Source: Eledone cirrhosa
Taxonomy: Eukaryota
Direction: 5' to 3'
DNA length: 64,000 bases
Assembly: GCA_964016885.1 (NCBI GenBank)
Contig: OZ024749.1
Span: 13,454,001 to 13,518,000 of the forward strand
The position numbers and the translations under genes were made by a program. The notes under the pieces are model-generated. The model ran no database searches, had not been told where the DNA came from, and worked only from the letters and a program-made list of their open reading frames with translations. The stretch's first letter is position 1. Each line of letters starts with the position of its first letter. Below are positions 58,427-64,000 of this stretch, one piece after another.

Positions 58427-58512
58427 TAGTAGCAGCAGCAGCAGCAGCAGTAGTAGTAACAGTAGTAGTAGCAGCAGTAGTAGTAACAGTAGCAGCAGCA
58501 GCAGCAGCAGCA

Positions 58513-58552
<40 letters not shown>

Positions 58553-58641
58553 CAGCAGTAGTAGTAGCAGCAGTAGTAGCAGCAGCAGCAGCAGTAGCAG
58601 CAGCAGCAGCAGTAGTAGCAGTAGCAGCAGCAGCAGTAGTA
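57861..58641. repeat. (GTA)n/(GCA)n mixed trinucleotide repeat
   Basis: Read directly. Confidence 0.93.
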
Positions 58642-59816
58642 TAAATGATATCCACAGGTGTGGTAATGGTTGGGAAGGTGTTGAGAAGCTGGCCATTAGT
58701 TAATTACAATTGTAATGTTTCAAATTACGCCATCTTATAAATTAGTGACAATAGATTCATTTGTTACATGGTGGTCACGTGTCACTTGATGGTTGGCTGG
58801 TCTAGATGGCGGCGGCGGTGTGACGACGACGGGGTTAGATGGTGGCGGTGGTGGAGGAGGGGGTAGAGACGAGGTTTGCTGGCGGTGATGATGATGATGA
58901 TAGAAAAGGAAGAAGAGGTGAGGGTATCGATGTGGTGGTTAGCTGGCGGCGCCGTGGCTTGCTGGTAGTGGTGGTGTGTGTGTGGGGGGGGGGGGATAAA
59001 GTGTAGGAGAGACCAGCTGTGACAACTGTCACTAACATTTATATTGTGTTCCTCGTGGCGTTGTTTCTTAAAAAACAACGTAGTTTCCTAATTAAGGTGC
59101 AAGCGGCCGTCTGAGGCAGCAGACAAAGGAATGGCATGCTACAAAGATTTATCCAGTTCCAAACTAAAGGTAATCAGGAAATTGGCAATTTCCACGTCTT
59201 AATTGTAGCCATGTAATAAAATTGAGAATTTGTTAAGGTGTTGCAGTTGTGGTATTTTTCCGGGTCTCTGCGCTTTGCGTTCAAATCCTACCGTGGTCAA
59301 GTACCTTGCTTGCGTTGAGGGTCAATAAAATATCACTCAAGTATTGAGGTTGGTTTAAGCGAATAGATATTTTCTGCGGTTCTAGGCTCTGTGCTCAAAT
59401 CTTGCTGCGGTCAACTTTGCCTTTCATATTGGGGCTTGGAGGTGGGTGTACCAGTCTAATGTAATGGTTTGTTTGAATTGTAAGAGTGTCGGATGGGACG
59501 CTGATATTTATTCCGGATCTCACTGAGGTCGACTTGGGCTTCCCAGCGTTCGCGGACATTAAGATAAAAAAAGCAGTCTAGGGCAATGGATTGAAGGAAT
59601 TGTTAGAGCGTCGAACAGGTGGTCCTGGCGTTGGGAATGTGGGGATATAGTTCCCTTTTACATTTGAAAAGAGGGAGTTGGCCCTGAAATATCATCTTGA
59701 AATACACTGGGTAAAACATTACTTTGTTTTCTTTTATTTGTCAACCTTTGCCTTCTATATATTACTACAGCAGTGTACTGGCTTTTTGACCTTGTCAGTC
59801 ATTTATTACACACACA

Positions 59817-59880
<64 letters not shown>

Positions 59881-59894
59881 TATATACATAGATA

Positions 59895-60130
59895 TATTTC
59901 TTTATTTGCCACAGGGGCGTACAAGAATGGGACATTACAAGACGTGACGGCGGGGGTTTTACATAAAAATCATATAACTTTAACATTAATAAATAACAAA
60001 AAACTATATATAATAAAATAACAATTGAAATCCCCAATAGGGGGGAACGTTACTGCAGGGCTGTGTTTACACCCCGTGGATAGAACAACCCTCAACACCA
60101 GGAACACGTTTTGTAGGTGTTCCTGTCTTC
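59895..60130 (-). mobile_element. 5'-truncated Tx1-like 3'UTR fragment (related to copies C/F), flanked by GATA
   Basis: TAGATA|TATTTCTTTATTTGCCACAGGGGC ... CTTC|GATAGACAGACAGACAGATAGATA. Confidence 0.85.
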
Positions 60131-60253
60131 GATAGACAGACAGACAGATAGATACATTGTTGGGCAATGAAAAAGTAAGACAAGGTGTAAATAGATAGTT
60201 CGGTAGATCTTTAATTAGATAAAAAGATAGATAGATAAGCAGACACACACACA

Positions 60254-60319
<66 letters not shown>

Positions 60320-60320
<1 letters not shown>

Positions 60321-60517
60321 AAAAGGTATGACCCCGACGGCAGAGCTCAAGCCGTTTCGATGGCTATTTCTATTATGAGTCCAGAAATAGCCGTCGAAAC
60401 GGCTTAAGCTCTGCCGTCGGGGTCATACCTTTTCCTATTACCCACTCTACTACCCCCTAAGTATTGAGTACTCTGGTGCGTTATGGTCCATCTGATTCCT
60501 TACCACAATTCCTTCGT
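60320..60517 (+). mobile_element. Fold-back PLE-like remnant (52-bp arms 60320-60371/60383-60434 + tail), same family as 38211
   Basis: Tail TACCCACTCTACTACC..AAGTATTGAGTACT..CCTTCGT then (TA)n. Confidence 0.75.
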
Positions 60518-60561
<44 letters not shown>

Positions 60562-60563
<2 letters not shown>

Positions 60564-60775
60564 GGCGCGTGGCTGAGTGGTTAGAGAATTAGATACGCAA
60601 TCGCGAGGTTGTGAGTTCGATTCCTGGACTGCTATGCGTTATGTCCCTGAGCAAGACACTTTATTCCACGTTGCTCCTTCTACCTGGTGTTGCGACCGTT
60701 AGATAGTATTAGCAATTGGAAAGACCCATGGAAACATTGTTTCCTCGGTCCGATTTGACGAAAGTCGATCGACTT
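60562..60775 (+). mobile_element. tRNA-derived SINE family 2 copy
   Basis: A-box TGGCTGAGTGG, B-box GAGTTCGATTCC, body GAGCAAGACACTTTATTCCACGTTGCTCC. Confidence 0.8.
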
Positions 60776-60776
60776 C

Positions 60777-60839
<63 letters not shown>

Positions 60840-60881
60840 ATATTGATATACAGTTCGGATGGGACCACCCATGTAAATTCT

Positions 60882-60967
60882 CATATCTGAAGAAGTATCG
60901 ATTTAGAGTCGGGATCCGATCACATCATCAAACCCGAGCTGATCGATACGGAAACAATTGTAATCTG
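60882..60967 (+). ncRNA. Type-I hammerhead with extended stem II inside a ~170-bp (TA)n-flanked insert (60837-61009)
   Basis: Stem I CATAT/ATCTG (1 mismatch), CTGAAGA, stem II GTATCGAT/ATCGATAC extended by TCGGG/CCCGA, GAA-ACAATTGT-A. Confidence 0.7.
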
Positions 60968-61038
60968 AAATAAAGTTTCACAAAAAGCCGCAATTATTAT
61001 TGTCACATGATATATATATAGTCTAGAAATATAGCGTT

Positions 61039-61172
61039 CAGAAATAGCCGTCGAAACGGCTTGAGCTCTGCCGTCGGGGTTAAACATTTTCCTATTATCC
61101 ACTCTACTACCCTAAGTATTGAGTACTCCGGTGCGTTGTGGTCCATCCGGTTCCTTACCACACTTCCTTCGT
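61039..61172 (+). mobile_element. Third copy of the 38211/60320 family, without the inverted arm
   Basis: CAGAAATAGCCGTCGAAACGGCTTGAGCTCTGCCGTCGGGG...CCTTCGT(TA)n. Confidence 0.78.
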
Positions 61173-61726
61173 TATATATATACATATATATATATGGAGA
61201 GAGGGGGGGGGGGAGATGCTTACGAGACTATGGAAATATATTTACCGTTTGAACCCTAGGGAAAAAAACGAGTCACATAAAAAATTTAAAATCCCAATCA
61301 ACAACAACATTACGATGCCACTACCCAGGACCACCTCCACTAGCACCGGCACCACAATCACACACACGACTTCAACAACATCACTACCACCGCCACTACC
61401 AACACCACCACTATCACCACCACCACCAACACCAGCACTACCACCCAACACCATAACTACCACCAACCACACTACTACCACCAACACCACAACTACCACC
61501 AACCCCAATACTACCACTACTACCACCAACACCACCAACACCACCATCACCACCACCACTATTACAACACCTACAAAACAATAGTAGTTAACACATCAAT
61601 AAGAAGAAGTGATTTAATCAATCAAACTCTGAAAGAGAAGTCATCAGTAATGCGGTTGTTACGTTGGATATAACAGATATTGACAGGTTGGGGGGTAGAG
61701 CTGAGCTGGGGAAATAACGACACGCC

Positions 61727-63050
<1,324 letters not shown>

Positions 63051-63076
63051 AAAATATTAAACAAATAATGAATAAA

Positions 63077-63276
63077 NNNNNNNNNNNNNNNNNNNNNNNN
63101 NNNNNNNNNNNNNNNNNNNNNNNNNNNNNNNNNNNNNNNNNNNNNNNNNNNNNNNNNNNNNNNNNNNNNNNNNNNNNNNNNNNNNNNNNNNNNNNNNNNN
63201 NNNNNNNNNNNNNNNNNNNNNNNNNNNNNNNNNNNNNNNNNNNNNNNNNNNNNNNNNNNNNNNNNNNNNNNNNNNN
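63077..63276. other. Assembly gap (200 N)
   Basis: Run of N. Confidence 0.99.
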
Positions 63277-63362
63277 ACACGTGGCTGTCATAGCGCACAC
63301 AGTGTCTCAAAAGCAGGGTTTTCTCTTTAGGGGCCAGAAATGTAGCTCTTAACAATTATTAA

Positions 63363-63590
63363 CCGTGGCCTAGTGGTAAGGGTGTTGGACTTTTGATCAT
63401 AGTGTCGTGGGTTCGAGAGTAAAACACTTCATTTCACGTTGCTCTTGTATACTCAGCTGAAGATGAGTAACACTGCGATGGACTGCCGTCCTATCCAGAA
63501 GGAAGTCTTGTAATCTCAGTCACTTCATGCCATGAAACCGGGATAAACACCGGCCTAACGAGCCTTAAATAGCTTAAGACAGACTTTAGA
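63363..63590 (+). mobile_element. tRNA-derived SINE family 2 copy (internal deletion)
   Basis: CGTGGCCTAGTGGTAAGGG..GGGTTCGA..AAAACACTTCATTTCACGTTGCTC. Confidence 0.75.
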
Positions 63591-63895
63591 CTTTAGACTA
63601 TAAAGCGAAGGTGTTCTGATTCCATATGGACTACAGTGATATTGCTTATTCCTACACCCACAGATATCTTCAACCACATCTTTAGAAAAGTAATTCTACT
63701 AAATGGTACAAATAGTTCAACCGTTCGCCCATTTGTTGTCTCCCCTTACGAACCTCTTCTATCTCTAATAAAGTGGTCTCTACCTACCGGAGCTCTCTTT
63801 GTCTTGTAGCTACTGCTATATATTTCACTAGCACAGCTTATACATTTTGGTCACTGGTGAGATATAAGGACCACTAGTGAGATAGATGTGTCACT

Positions 63896-64000
63896 GCTGT
63901 TATATAGAGTGACCATTGCTTGGCGATAGTAACCGTATATAGAGTGACCCCTGTTTGGCCGTAGTGTCCGTATATAGAGTGACGACTGATTGGTGGTAGT
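63896..64000. repeat. ~35-bp tandem repeat running off the window
   Basis: TATATAGAGTGAC recurs three times. Confidence 0.75.

Noticed and set aside
57798-58696. Mucin/antifreeze-like Thr/Ala ORF and poly-Leu ORF (also 24607-25134)
   Set aside because: Simple (GTA/GCA) or (CTA) repeats; an exon cannot be excluded but nothing supports one.
60562-60630. tRNA gene (also 44853, 63363)
   Set aside because: A/B boxes are present but there is no full cloverleaf, and the sequence continues into a shared SINE body.
63077-63276. ORFs spanning X residues
   Set aside because: Artefacts of the N gap.

Overview
This is an AT-rich, microsatellite-saturated animal genomic window with no host gene I can support. 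The SINE families look like octopus/cephalopod SINEs, which is recognition from memory and not a search result. Positions 1-15376 hold a head-to-tail array of five minus-strand Tx1-type (L1-group) non-LTR retrotransposons from several subfamilies, each separated by a (GATA)n tract. ORF1 has a CCHC knuckle; ORF2 has APE endonuclease, RT (YADD) and a C-terminal Cys motif. Four more truncated copies elsewhere also abut GATA at both ends, and one off-target copy has a 20-bp TSD and no GATA tail, which together point to a (GATA)n-targeting Tx1 lineage. The rest of the window is (TA)n/(CA)n and other simple repeats with short Penelope-like (PLE) remnants embedded in them. These include a GIY-YIG fragment, several minimal type-I hammerhead ribozyme folds, and recurring fold-back palindromes built as inverted arm + hammerhead arm + 70-95 nt tail. 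Also present: a bipartite RTE derivative, a CRE-like endonuclease fragment, a Helitron 3' end, hAT/mariner/pogo remnants, many tRNA-derived SINEs, four minisatellites (two born inside transposons) and a 200-N gap. Coordinates were read by eye and may be off by a few bases.
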